Below are positions 23,248 through 40,167 of a stretch of 64,000 bases of DNA, one piece after another; position 1 is the first letter of the stretch; each line of letters starts with the position of its first letter. The stretch comes from Vitrella brassicaformis CCMP3155. Its lineage: Eukaryota > Protista > Chromerida. The position numbers and the translations under genes were made by a program. Under the pieces are notes generated by a model, which saw only the letters and a program-made list of their open reading frames with translations, was not told where the DNA came from and did not search any database. The DNA lies in the NCBI GenBank assembly GCA_001179505.1, contig CDMY01000242.1:87043-151042 (forward strand), written 5' to 3'.

Positions 23248-25855
23248 TTACTGCTTTGTCTTGACGTGTCTCTTGGCCCACGTGATCACGTGCTCGAAGA
23301 ACTGGACTTGCGCAGAAGTCCCGCAAGGAGGCACCATCTTGATGCCGTTCTTGTCCATCAGGGCGTGAGGGTCCTGGCAGAATTCCCTCCCCAAGTTGAT
23401 GATGTTGGTGTCTTTGTTGTTTTTGCTCTTTGCGTGTGCGTTGATGGCCCCGTAGCACGATATCCGGGGGTTGTTGATGAGGTTCCCCAGCTCTTCGTCT
23501 TTCATGGCGTTTTTCACCGCCTGCGTTGCACCGGTCATGTGTATGTCATGACACACACCATGAGACAGACAAGTACATGCATGCACCATCCATTTTCACG
23601 GGTGGCTCACTTACTTCCCGCCGAGTTCCATCGCGTCCTCGCCTCTCCTGTATGTTCTGCAGGGGCACTCAGCGGACTGCGAAATAGGGCCTCCGGTGTG
23701 TGGCGCGCCAGGGAACAGGGCGTAAGAAAGGTCAATCTGCCCAGACAGATGTGCATGCAGGTATCAATCAATACGTTGTGTGTGTACGGATGCGCCCATC
23801 TTTGTGTCTCCTACGAGGGCGAGATCGCCGGCCTTTGGAGGATAGAAGCCCACCAGCTGCAACGGTCAATATGGGCGGACACGAGTGCCTCTGCTGCTCA
23901 CTGAGAGACACGCCCCGGCCCACCGGCCCACCTGTTCTCCGCTTGGAGTCTTCAGCTTGACTGCATATCTGTTTGGGTCGTTCGCCGGCCCTCTCGCCCC
24001 CTTGCGAAAAAACAGCACGTTGCCGTCCTGACATGAATGCATAGACATACAGACACCCCGTCTCTGCCCTGTTCTGTGTCGTAGTCGTGTGAGTGTGCCT
24101 CTCGTACATGCATGTCGCAGTGGTGGAAGTTGACACTCTGCAGCTGCAGCCCGGCCTGAGCGTATGCCATCGCCAGATATGCACCCTGGGGAATCGTGTC
24201 TCCACTCTGAATCGAATGGAATCGACGCATGGCATTAATGCGACAATGCGTATGCGTGATTAGGCCGGTCGCTCACATCTGAGATGGTGAGAGGGTTGTT
24301 GGCTTCGGCTGATGGCATCCCGCTTGTCAGTATACGGTATCTTATGGCATCCAGCTTCTCAAGCTCAGGAAATCTGACAAACACCAATAGCAGACACACA
24401 CAGTACAGCAACATCGCACCTCGTCTCTTCTTCCTCACTTGTGAGCAGCTCCCCCTTGCCGCTCCGTCGGATCATATACACTCTTGGAACCCGTGGGAAG
24501 TTGCCTGAGGCATAGGCTGCGCCAATGGATTTGATGGCTGCGGGCCTGCCGGCGTCGGTGTCCGTGAGGATCTCCCAGAGCTTCTGGTAGTCTGCCATTC
24601 AGAGAAGGACCGTAGGGATGTGCTCGGTGTTGACATACGTGGGTTTAGACATATATGCATCTGTGCGTGCACACTTCTCTTCTCGTCGTTGAGCGCCTTT
24701 CTCATTTGGGCGATCTTGTTTTTCCCTGTTGCGAGGTCGTTCTCGGACAGCTCTGCTCGCAACAAATGAGAGAGGCACAACACATGGGCGTACGATTGTG
24801 TGCTTGCTGTGTGCCGGCTGCGTGCCTACGAGTGGTCATCGATCGGTGGGCGTCTGAATAGCTCATGGTGTAGGTGGTTCCTACATAATGCAGACAGATG
24901 CATTGCATGCACAGCGATCTCTCCAATTTGATTCGTTTATGACCTTTGGTCTTATTTCGGTACTCTCGAGACACACACAGCAGAGACACAATCAGAGAGA
25001 GGGAGACACAGCACCTCTGGGTTCTCCGTCCGTGTGTATGCGTGTGCTCACCTTTGTTCTCCCTTTTGAAGGTTGCATTGTCGCCCAGCACACCCTTGAG
25101 AGCCACCTCGACATCCTGCGCCACAACACCTCCCACAAGCGAGTACTTCTCCATCAGCGTATAGCCCGGTGTCCCTGCAGCAACAAAACCGCACACCCAT
25201 TCCAGAAGGAGGAAACACGCGACGGAACTTCTCGTGTCTACGCACCATGCTTGAGGGTGCAGAAGAGGACGAAGCCAGAGGCGCCGGACAAGAACTGGAT
25301 GTTGTGCCTTATCTTGTCGATGACGAGGGATATGGTGGATATTCTGTCTTTCTCCGCCTTCTTCCTCAGGGTGACCGTCATACTGGTCGCCAGAGCGGCA
25401 CGATGTCTCTTCCAAAAGGGGTCGAGCGTCTTGGTGTCCGTGGCCATGTCTGCATGTGGAGAGCGAGAAGGGGAGAGAGACATGATGCGTGTGGGAGGCA
25501 CACTGTCAGGCAGTCGGTGACTTACCCTGAATGTGACAAAGGACAAATTCCATCCTGTGAGGATGATCATCATATACAGCAACAAGGTGAGACATGACGC
25601 GAGCCCCAATCGTCTCTCTGTTTACCCGCAGATATCCTTGATGAATTCATCAAAGTGCTCGTCTGGGTGGAAGTACAGCTCCTCCTTTTTTTCGCCACTC
25701 GTCACACCAGCCCGGGCGGCCGAATGGTTCGCAGCACGCATCGACCACGAAGACCGGGTGAGGCGTAAGCTCATCTTTCTTCTCCGCAATGCCATGGCTG
25801 GAGAGAGGAGGGCGGCGGACAGGAAGAGAAGGAACTTCAAGACGAGGTGCGGCAT
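23248..25855 (-). CDS. Secreted protein of unknown function (~12 exons)
   Basis: Signal peptide MPHLVLKFLLFLSAALLSPAMA, then a run of GT-AG-bounded coding exons ending ...FFEHVITWAKRHVKTKQ*. No domain recognised. Confidence 0.65.
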
Positions 25856-26062
25856 TGAGGTGGTGGGATGACAGGAGATGGTCGCCTATGATTTTGATGG
25901 GTCAACTACCACAATGTGGGAGAGACGGGAAGGCGGGTCTTGGGGGCGTGGGGGGCGTCTGGCTCGCCGTCTTAGGGGAGTTCCCCATCCCGAAGATTAT
26001 GTAATGAGCCCTCTTCTGTCCTCCCACGAGTAATGAGTTCGCCACCAGCTGGCTCTACGGCA

Positions 26063-27099
26063 ATGCATCTGTCCGTCATCCTTCGCTTCACCGCCTTTTT
26101 GATGGCCGTCACACACTGCCATGCACTCTTCCCGCCGCCACTGCAAAGAGCCTCCAACACGACTCATCTTCACCCATATCGGCTCTCTCCTTCCCAGCGG
26201 ACGGCCTTTGTGATGCTCGGCACGAGGAGGCGCCTGCACAGAGGGCCGTTCAAAGGCCGGGACCAAGGCATATTCCACCGGAGGCCTATTGTCGAGGGCG
26301 ACACATTCAAGGACTGTAAGCTAGCCCTGTCCGCATGTGCCATATGAATGCATTGTGTGTTGTCTTCCTTGTGTTTTTGTGCCCGCAGGTGAGTACTACA
26401 TGCCGAATAAGTGCGACCCCGAGTCCAGAGAGGCGCCATGCACGTAATGACGGACGGATGGATCGATGGATGCCAGGCTATGTGGCAAAGCCCTTCCTCC
26501 CTCCTTCTCCCTATATGTCTCTCTCTGGATGCTTGTTTCAGCGCGTGTTGGTCGACGTGTGCAAAGACTGCCGACTGCAAGTCGCACATGGTGCTGTCCA
26601 ACCCAAAGGAGTGGAAACTCGTACCAGACGCCAAATACGTGAGCCAAAACCAAACCACCTCCAGGATGCACATGACATGCGGTTGCCCTCATCTCCATCC
26701 CCGTTATCATGCATGTTTCTCTCCATGCATCCATCAGTCGAAGACTTGCGGCAGTCCGTTCCAGAACAAGTTCCGCACTCTCTGCGTCACCGAGGCATGT
26801 GACCCAGAAAAGGACAACTGCGGGGTATGGCAGTGGATCCCCCCGACACAACACACACACACTGGACATCCACTCACTCGTCCACGAACACCTGTCTCTC
26901 CCTTGTTTAACAGGGCCCGGTGACTCGCGAGGCGCGCGAGAGGGAAGAGTCTGATGAGGAAGAAACGAAGGCAGTCAAGGAGAAGACAGCGGGGGGCAAG
27001 AAGAAGGAGGAGGGCTTCAACATGACACCCATCTACATCGGGGTGGGCGTGATCGTGATCGTCTTCCTTGTTGGCGTCATCTTCCTCTTTAGAGGCTGA
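26063..27099 (+). CDS. 225-aa protein: signal peptide, basic transit-like leader, 10-Cys domain, C-terminal TM
   Basis: Exons 26063-26315, 26389-26443, 26542-26638, 26738-26824 and 26914-27099 are all in phase. Ends PIYIGVGVIVIVFLVGVIFLFRG*. Confidence 0.75.
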
Positions 27100-27307
27100 G
27101 CTGAGCTGACGGACATACATAGAGGCAGGCTATGTGTGATGTAGGGCATTATGCAGTCAGTAATCAATCAATGAGGAATCCTGTTTACGGTCCGTCTCGC
27201 TATATATGTTCATGGACACATCGATACACACGAATCACGCATCGGGCTTGCTCGTGTCTGCATCGGGCACTGGGGGCTTCTCGGGCATGGCCATCAAGAA
27301 GGTCTGC

Positions 27308-28543
27308 TCACCTGACGCACACAAAAGAAAGAACACACATGCTTGCACGCGGCTGCGTGGCCCATGAATCCACCCACTCACCAAGAATGGGGTTGAATCC
27401 GGCGTGATTCCTGTAGGCTAGATTGGTCGCACGGACCTTCTCGCGATACTGCATACGGCCGGCCACAGAAAAGCATGCCGGACTGCTCTCTTTCGCCTGT
27501 GGGGAGTGCACTCGATCCACTCACTCACCTGCGCCATCAGGTCGGCATGCTGCAACCTCCGGCCCTCCTCACTTTGGTCATAACGCAATGTGACGATATC
27601 GAACGGCGCCCTGAGTTGAAATACGGACGCACACACGGGAATATTGTGGCCGTGTCTCCCTCCCTCTGTTGCTGTCTGCTGGGCTCACCCACCCCGATCT
27701 GTTTTTGAATGCCTTCTGTGAGTACATCTGCAGGTTCTGCACACGCTGCTTGTCACACTGCACACAACGCAGACAGACAGACAGACAGACAGGCAACCCG
27801 CACGCACATGTGCAGCAAGCAGTGCGCATCCGTGAATTCGTATGTAGGTAGCTGTGTGTGCGGACGGACCTCTTCCCTCTCCTCCATCCGTCTCCATCTC
27901 TGCTCCTCGCGGCTTTCGCGGCTCATCCTGTCGCACAGCCATACATGTACGTACAATACACTGGGGGGATGCCCTCATGTCCTCTCTCCCGGCTGGCTGC
28001 AGACAGACAGACAGCCTCACCGTACCGTCTGTTCTCGTGGAACTGGTCCCTCTTTCCTTGTTCCCTCTTCCTGTCCTCCCTCTCCAACTCGGCCACCTCA
28101 GCCGTGCGCACAAAACGATCAATGGCTGCACCGCACCAAACAGACGCATACAAATGGACGGACGGAAGTATACAGACAACTGTACACACCCGCGCATTAT
28201 ATATCTGATGTGCCTGCCTGCCTGCCTACGGTTGGGCAGTGTTGGGTTCTTGGGGTCGTCTTTGATGGGCTGGATCAGATTGCCCGGGTCCTCATAACGA
28301 TGAAAGCCGCCTGAAGACAGAGACAACATGAAGCAAGCGGCCGACCACCTGTCCATCCATCCATAGTGTCTCACCTGTTCTGTTTCTGAGCCGTTCCTTC
28401 TCGAGGCTCTCTCTGTCGCGCAGAGCGTTCCGCTCCGCGCGAGTCCTGCAGGCAAGAGGGCAGTGCAGTGCAGTGCATGCAGACGTCCATGTGCTGTCCG
28501 TCTTTATGTCTGTCCATGTGTGCTCTTACCTCGGCTTGATCAT
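27308..28543 (-). CDS. Conserved-looking coiled-coil protein, possibly flagellar
   Basis: MIKPR|TRAERNALRDRESLEKERLR... and C-terminal APFDIVTLRYDQSEEGRRLQHADLMAQ...YREKVRATNLAYRNHAGFNPILGE. The 3' end is approximate; the flagellar link is inference. Confidence 0.55.
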
Positions 28544-28810
28544 GGCAAAAACGACGAGTGGAGAGCAACGAGAGCAACTACGGAGAGCAACGCCCCTCGA
28601 GAGGCCCCAGCAGACAACCTTCGAACCGTCAGAGACCGTTCAAAGGCCGTTCGTATGTCCCTGTGCTATCCGTCGGTGCTGGCGGCCTCTGAAGCCTCTG
28701 ATCCTCTTCATCAAGCCTCTGATATTTCCCCTCTGCGAGATAAGCTCGCAAAAGCGTGTGCGAGCTTCTGAAGAGCCGCGAAGAGCGCCTTTCCTTTTTC
28801 CTTTGACAAG

Positions 28811-32159
<3,349 letters not shown>

Positions 32160-33921
32160 CGTATTATCCATCCTTGGGGCTGTCGGGGCGCGTTTGTGAG
32201 TGTGTGTGTCTGTGTGTATGCCTGTATGTCCCGTAGGCAGTAGGTAGCGACCCGACCACCAGCAGCCAGCCACATCACACCACACCACACCCCCAGCCGC
32301 CACACCTTGTGTGTGTTGTGCTCACTGACGATTTTCGTTCATTCCTTCCTCCATTATCCGCCATCTGTGCATCTATCCTCCGGTTTGGTTGTCATCGTGT
32401 GTGATACGTGCGCCTTGGTGCATCTCTGCTCGGTGTGCCCATCATCTTGGGGTAGTGGACGGCCGTTTCGTTGCAGTGAGAGCTGCTGACGGGGCGCACG
32501 TCCACTGCTGGCGGATGATGGGCACTCAGGGCACCGCACACCCACAGACAGACAGACAGACAGACAGACAGGGTAAGCCAGGTTTGACGTATACATGCTT
32601 CACTTGCTGTGCCTTGCAAACGTATTCATCGGCTCAGGTGTGCTTGCTTGGTGCTTCGAGTACCGCCAGCAGACGGCCGGTTCACTGCCAGTCGATTGGT
32701 CCATGAACCTCACGTATGCTGGGGGTCGGCGGAAGCACGAGCAAACACACACACACGAGCCAGCCACACAGCAGACAGACAGCATTGACATCCCCTTGCA
32801 CAGTTTTTTCGGTGCACGCGACGCCATGGAACGCAGTTTTGACGGCACGTGTGTGTGTTGGGTTGGGTTGGGTTGTTGTGTGTTTTCGTCCCGTTTTCGT
32901 TCCCTCTCTCCCTGTGCCTGCCTGCCTGCCTGCCTGAATGGCTGGCTGGCTGGCTGGCTGGATGGATGGATGGATGGATGGATTGGCGGTATTTGTGGTG
33001 GCCTCCTGACATACCAGCCCCTCGATGAGTGTGTGTCTGCCTCCGGTGCCCCGGTAAATGTCGATATGATGCGGCCTGCCTGCTTGCTTACCTGACAATT
33101 ACGGATGTGTGTGTGTATGTGTATGTGTGAGGGCATCTTATGGACGGATGTGTGTCTATCTTGGTGGCTGCGGTTGTCCATCAGACATGGCACTGTGATG
33201 CACGGTCAGATCTCCCATGCGGATGATAGGATGCACGGCTCATTTCAGCTGTGCGTCCCTTCGTCTGCAACGGCGATCTCACCGGCATCACAGTGACTGC
33301 CAAGGACAGACCAATGAGACCATCGGCAATCAATCGCGTGATGCCCATGCATGCCCATCCCAAGCAAACAGTTTCACCGTTTAACCCAACGCCTGAGAAT
33401 CCGCAAAACCGTTGAGCGAGGAAGCGAGCTCACGAGAGATTTCGCTTCACCTTGCACGGCCGTGCATCCCTCCAGGCATCCCCACATCGCCTCGGCGGCT
33501 CGCCGATCCGCCTCGACGCCGCAGGAGCGCCTCCTTCTGATCGCTAATCGCAGGTGAGCGCAGGAGAGGGCGTGAGGGTGCCGCTGTGGGCTGCTGTGGG
33601 TGGCTGTGGCGTGTGGAGGGTGTGGCGTGGTCGAGGGGGGAGCCGTGTCTCTTCTGGCGTGGTGTCGGTTGTTGTGCGTTACTTGCCGTTTGGTGACGGT
33701 TGAGAGAGTCTCGGTTGGTTGACGCTGCTGAGCTCGGTTGTGTGTGTGCCTGGATGTGATGTGTGTGCTGGGGAATGGGAGGCTCACCTGTGTTGTGTTG
33801 GTTTGGTGTCCTGTTAGGTGTGTGTTTCCTGTCTGTCAAGTTTCTTTGTTGGTTGCCGTTGGTTATCGTAGCTGCTTCGAGTTGATTGATTGAAGGAGAG
33901 TTGTTGTTGAGTTGAGAGGAG

Positions 33922-34503
33922 ATGAGTACCGGTCAGTCAGCTGACAGGCGCACACACCACATATATATCGCCTGTCTGTCTGTCTGGATGTGGCCGTGTG
34001 TGTGTGTGTGCAGGTGAAGACCAGACGCCCGACAGTGACCACCATCACCTCCCTCTCCACCCCCACCACCACCATGATGGTCTGCCGTTCCTGCCCAGCC
34101 AGCTCTCTATGATGCCTGACGGATACACCGGTAAGTAAAACACCACACCACGATCACAATCACAATCACACACATCCGTTGTGCATCTTCTGTGTTGATG
34201 TGCGCCATGCACGCACCCACACACGCAGATCTGCCCCCGATTGCCGCGCCATCGCCGTCGCTCAGGTACTAGCGGGCACCGGACACGCACAGAATGCCTG
34301 TGACCACACAGATTGTGCATGTGGATGGCGTCCATCTCGTATAGGGACTTCACTCGTGGTGCGTGGACGGCCGAGGAGGATGCGACGCTGGCCGGACTCG
34401 TCCAGACCCTCGGGGCGCGCAAGTGGAGCGAGATCGCCAAACGAATGCCCGGTGCGGACAAGGGAGCGTTTCTGCCTTTCAATGCATTGCTCCCATCCCT
34501 GGA

Positions 34504-34535
<32 letters not shown>

Positions 34536-37500
34536 GTCAGGTCGTATAGGCAAGCAGTGCCGTGAGCGTTGGCACAACCACCTCAACCCCAATGTCAAGA
34601 AGGAGCAGGTGCGCCAGGCAGCCAGCGAGAAGAAGCACATCCAGCCAGCCATCCAATCATCCATCCTTTTCGTGTTCTGATGTCCGACTGGTTGCGTGTG
34701 TGTGTGTGGTGTGTATTGTATTGTATTGTATTGTGTGGTCAGTGGTCGGAGGAAGAGGACGTCCACCTGATGGAGCTGCACGCCAGGCTCGGCAACAAAT
34801 GGTACGGACGCCACACACACACACACACACAGACACGTGTGTGCGATGGATCTATGTGTGTGTGTGTGTGTGTGTATGCCTCGGTCGGGGATCCATCCAC
34901 CAGGGCGGAGATATCGCGTCACTTCGACGGGCGCACCGACAACAATGTCAAGAACAGATGGAACAGCACACTCAAGTAACCCCACACACACACCAGCACC
35001 CACACAAACACGCCCACGATTCTTTCTTGGCTCATCATCCACGCGTCCGTCGATGCGATGCAGGCGTAAGGTGGCGTCGCTCTTCAACGATCCCGACAAC
35101 CCCAAGCACTCCAGGGTCCGTCCATCCAGCCAGCCAGCAATCCAGCCATCCAGAGCATCCAGACATCTCGTGTGGACACGTGTGTGTGTGTGTGTCTCAT
35201 TTCAATCATCGTTCGTCGTTATCTGTCTGCAGGCGCTGCGTGAGGCCTGGCCCCGTGTGAAGGACCTCTATGAGGGACGGGTGAGCGTAGCGACCAGCCA
35301 ACACCTGACCTGCACACCAACACACGTGACGTAGCAACATCCATCACGGTGCAATCAGTGCATTCATGTGTGTGTGTGTGAATGTCTGCAGGGCTGCACC
35401 GAGTCGTATTTCTCGGACTTCGTTGACCCGGCCAAAGGCGGCGCTGAACGGGCAGTCGTTCCCTCTGAGGTGCGCACTTTCATTCCCCTCCCCCACCCCC
35501 ACCCTCCCCCGACCCTCTCCCTCTGTGTGTGCAGGGTCAGGGTCGTCCGCCGACGCGCCACCGCAACGCCAATCGCAAGAAGAAGCGCTCCGACGACAGT
35601 GACGAAGACGATGCCAGCAATAAGGGAGAGGTACGAGCACACTGACACAGAGAGGGGGAGGGAGACACACACATATGTGTGGATACGTCACGTCTTGTCT
35701 GGGCGTGCGCTGCAGGGTCTTCCGTCGCTGACGCTGCCGATCCCGTCAGTGCACTACGGTGGAGAGGAGGGCGGGGCACACGTGGCGAAGCGGCTGCAGA
35801 AGATGCAAGGAGTGGTACATGCATAACCAACCACCCCCTCTCCCCTCCACACAGCCGTCTGTGTGTCTGTCTGTGTCTGTCAGGCTGCGCATCCGTATGC
35901 TCAGTGGGGCAGCATGGTGCATCCGCCGTCGTCTGGTTCGTACGTCTTGTCTCCGGTGGCCCAGCAGAACGGCACGCCCACACCGCAGGGACACCCGTCA
36001 CCATCCACTTACCACCCGTTCGCCGCCATGGTGAGTCGCCACGTGACGACAAGTGTTGTGTTATGCATGTGTGTGTGTGTGTGTGTGTGTTGCCTTGGTC
36101 AGCCGCCCCCTCTGCAGCACCAGGCGCTCATGGCTCTGCTCACCGGCCACTCGCTCTCCGCCGACACCAGCAAAGGAGGTGGGTATCCATTCACCCTTAC
36201 ACGCCTGCCCTGCCTGATGCACTCACCATTGATGGCGGTTCTGTGGCCCATTCGTTTATGCAGCCGCGGCTCTGCCCCCCATCGACCCCGATGCCCTGGC
36301 GCAGGCCTACCACATGGTCCTCACTGGCACCACCCAGCAGCAGCAGCAGCAGCAGGCAGCTCCTGCGCCGGCGGCCGGGAGGAGCGGCGACGGACAGACA
36401 CAGACACCGCAGGGGAAAGATGAGACGTACGTGCGGATGGACACACACGTGGATGGAGGGGGACGCGGGCATATGCGCTTGTGTGTGTGTGGTGCTATGT
36501 GTGTGTCAGGATGGGCGGCGCGGCTGCGAGTAGTAGTGTGGTTGTGAAGCAGGAGCCCGTTGACGATGATGTAAGAGAGTCCCCCACTGGAGAATCTTTC
36601 ATCTTTCCTTCACACACTTTCACATGTATGTGTCTGCAGGTGGCTGCCCCTGCTGCCACTGGTGCTGGTGCTGGTGGTGCCGCTGGGGGGGAGGGAGACA
36701 AGAAGGAGGAGGACAACAACGACGAGGACCAACAACCAAACAAGGACACACACAACAACACCTCCTCGCCCCAGCAAAAGCAGCGCAAGATCCCCGCCGC
36801 CACCGCCGCCAACGACCAGCAGCAGGCACAGCAGGCAGAGCAGGCAGAGGACCACACCAACGAGGAGGAGCTTTCCGAGAGGGCCAAAATGATGAGAGGT
36901 ACAGTACCACACACAGGCGCCAACCCACCCCCTCCCAAAGACCCACATTTGCTGTGTACCATGTGTGTGTGCAGGAGGACTGCGTGGCGGCGCACGTGGT
37001 GGTGGTGCTGGTGGTGGTGTTGGGGGCAGTGGGGCCGGGGCGTCGGGGGACGGAGGTGCGTGTGAACAGATGGCCAACCGCCCACACACTTGTGTGTATC
37101 CCTCTGTGTGTGTGTGTGTGGACATGTATGGTAGTGTCGTATCCGGGGGAGGCGGCTGACTCAGGTGGGTGTTGGGTGTTGCACATCCATCCATCCATCC
37201 ATCCGTCCATCGGTATGTATGTGTGTGTGTTCAGCGACTGCTCATCTGAAGCAGCTGTTGCTTGCATTCGGCACCCAGTTCCTGCGGTCGGGCGAGGACA
37301 CTCGGGCGCCATACACGCCGCCACACCTGCTCAAGAGTAGTGACGATGATTGGTCAGTCAGTGAGAAAGAGAGAGAGAGAGGAACAGGAGAAGTGCATCA
37401 AGCTCTGTGTGCGTGTGTCCCACCCTACACACACAGGTTTGTGCAGTATCTGAAGGAGCGCGGGATTCCTCCTCAATACGTTGCCATGGTACACACACAC

Positions 37501-38691
37501 ACATACACACACCTCCCACACACAAGCAGGCAGAACACACTAATACTTACTTCCACGGTATATATCTGTGTGTGTCTGGTGTGGCCCCACACAGCGTCCC
37601 CCGACGCCCAAGAAGCGGCCCGAGGCTCAGCAGCACAAGCAGGACAGCAGTGCTAAGGACATACACAAGAAGCTCCTGAGGTGTGCACCAAACACACAAC
37701 ACACAAATCGATATCGGCGCATCCATGTGTAAAGACGTCTGTGTGCGTGTTGCCTTAGGTTGCTGATTGGCACGGCCAGCGAGGAGGACACCTACGAGAA
37801 GGTGCGTGTGTGTGTGTGTCTGTGCGCCAATATCCCTATGTGTGTGTGTGCGCGTGTGTGTGCAGGGTTCGCTGGAGGACACGGTCATGACGTCCATCCA
37901 GGAGCTCAACGGCAAAGTCAAAAAGGTCCGTCCACATCCTCTCTCTCTCCCTCCTCTCTAGACATACATAGTTCATTGTGTCTGTAAATGGTTGTGTCAA
38001 TGTAATTAATGTGTGCAGAGCACAGGCAAGAAGAAGAAGGCCACCAAGAAGGCCGCCGCTTCCACCACACAGCAGAGGTAAATAGGGTACCCACAAATAT
38101 TGTATACACACCCACCCGCGACAATGCCCACATACACGTGTGATGTGTGATGTGTGTGTGTGCAGGCGTTCGTCCAAGACCAAGAAGGGCAAGAAGCCAC
38201 ACCGGCAGCAGCAGCAGCAGCAGCAGGTGCGGCAGAAGGACGATGAGGAGATGGAGGCTTACATGGACGAGGGAGACGAGGTATGCACCACCCCAGCCCC
38301 ACACCGACCGAGACACACACATTCTTGTACCTCCCTCCCCATGCTATGTCCTCACTCATAGGTGGACCACGAGGTGGCCCAGCTGCTTCTCCAGATGCGC
38401 AACAACAGTAAGTACCACACACTGCACACACTGACGCCCACCTGGATGTGTGTGTGTGTGTGTGTGTCTGCAGGCAGTAGGGCCAACAGGCGAGGAGGCA
38501 GCAAGGACGCAGTCGAGGTGGGCGGTGAGCACGACACACACACATCCATCCATCCATCCATGAACGGAGACATCATGCGTGCGTGTGTGTGTGTGTGTGT
38601 GTGTGTGAAGGTTGAGGGGCCCGAGGAGGTGGGGAGTCAGCAGAATAAGGAGACGGTGCTGGTGGAGGACGACAGGCACCACGACGAATGA
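33922..38691 (+). CDS. R2R3-MYB transcription factor with a long low-complexity C-terminus
   Basis: GAWTAEEDATL...KWSEIAKRMPG|RIGKQCRERWHNHLNP and WSEEEDVHLMELHARLGNKW|AEISRHFDGRTDNNVKNRWNSTLK. The start ATGAGTACCG|GT joins in phase. Confidence 0.9.
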
Positions 38692-39610
38692 CTCACTTCT
38701 CAAGTCACCGATTGGTTGACAGACAGATCCTCACGCGCACACACCACACCACCACATCACATCACATCACATTGCACACACACACACGGGGAGGGGAAGG
38801 CAGACACAAACAGGTCCTCTCCACACCACACCACACACACGCGTACCCTCACACGTAAGCTCAGCTCGTTTATTGCATGCCACCCATCCACCCAGTGACC
38901 GATGTGATGGATGGATGGATTGACCGATTCATGTCTCCCTTCATGCCTTACTGGCGGAGCGGGGATCGCATCGTATCGGATGTGTGTGAGTGTGAGTGTG
39001 TGTGTCTGTCTGTGTGTATTGTATGTACGTATGAGTACCATTAATGAACATCTCACCATCCATCGATCGCTGGGCCGGCTGGATCGCTCGCTGGCTGGCG
39101 TGCGCTGCGCACCTGTGCATTACAATACAGGTCGGTTCGGTGGGGTGGTGGGGCTGGGGCGGGATGGATGGATGGATGGGGGCACACCAGTCAGTCAGTC
39201 AGTCAGGTCGCCTCTGACTGATGATGAATCCTTTTTCTACTTGTATGTATGTATTGTATGCATGTGGTGTGTGGGGTGGGTGTGTATCTATGGTCTGTCT
39301 GTCTGTCGGTCTGTGTGTGTGTGTGTGTCCTCTCCCTCCCCATGCACGTTTTCCTCGCTCTGTGCAAATTAAGGACGGGACGGCCGGGCGGGGCTCATCG
39401 GTGGCTGGATAGATGGATGGATGGATGGACAACGGACAAACGATGAATGTCAATTTCGGTGAAAGCTTCTCTCTGAATGAATGAAGACCTCTACACCCTC
39501 ACACACGCACACCCCATCAACAGTCAAGTCACCAACAGGCTGCTGGGAGCTGTGAGTGAGATGTGCTGAGGTGCGGTGCGCTTGAGGCCGGTTGTGTTGT
39601 GTGTCGTCAG

Positions 39611-39744
39611 TCACGACCGCTCGTCACGCCATGCAGCCGGGAGGGGACGACTGACTCATCATCGGCCGCTGCGCCGACGGTGGTTTTTCGCTTCTTCGAA
39701 CCAGCTGGCGCTGCTGCTGCGGCCGACATCGTCAATGGCCTAAG
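39611..39744 (-). pseudogene. Orphan duplicate of the 5' end of the BTB-TLDc gene at 45329
   Basis: Near-identical to 45211-45344 (MSAAAAAPAGSKKRKTTVG...), offset 5600 bp; the rest of the gene is absent. Confidence 0.85.
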
Positions 39745-39752
39745 TCCAATGA

Positions 39753-39810
39753 TGTGCAGGGTTTGAACCCTTGTGCCTCAGTAGGGTCAAATGTGCAGGG
39801 TTTCAAACCC
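39753..39810 (+). promoter_or_regulatory. Recurrent TGTGCAGGGTTT(C/G)AAACCC-type palindromic motif (telo-box-like)
   Basis: Two copies here; related copies at 45640-45681, 47590-47616 and ~1919-1931, each shortly upstream of a plus-strand start. Confidence 0.45.
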
Positions 39811-40167
39811 GCCAGCAACAGCAGTGCTAGTGCAGTGCTTGCCGCTCGCTTTTCTTCCTTGTGTGCTCGTGTGCTTACCGTTGTCAAGACGGTGTTTCAA
39901 AAAAAGTGGGAAAACAGCTGCGCTGCTTCGGTGGAAAACGGAGCCGTTCAGAACGGAGGTCGCCTTCAACCTGGCCGAACCTCGCACGCCCTTTTTCAAG
40001 AAAAGAAAAAGCGAATCCATCGGTTCAGGTGACGTATCTACGGCAGGAAGAGCCCTCGGAGTGGCTGATCTGACGTCCCCTCCACCCCCTGTGTGTGCTG
40101 TGTGTGCTGTGTGTGATTTTGTCACCCACGGTGTGGTGCTGGCTGCAGGCCGCCGATAAGCAAGAGG

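Noticed and set aside
32595-33100. Possible small minus-strand gene (HHIDIYRGTGG..., TAFHGVACTEK..., IREVHGPIDWQ*)
   Set aside because: Could not establish a start or consistent splice phases.
39753-39810. Interstitial telomere
   Set aside because: Only isolated AGGGTTT/AAACCC half-sites, not tandem telomeric repeats.
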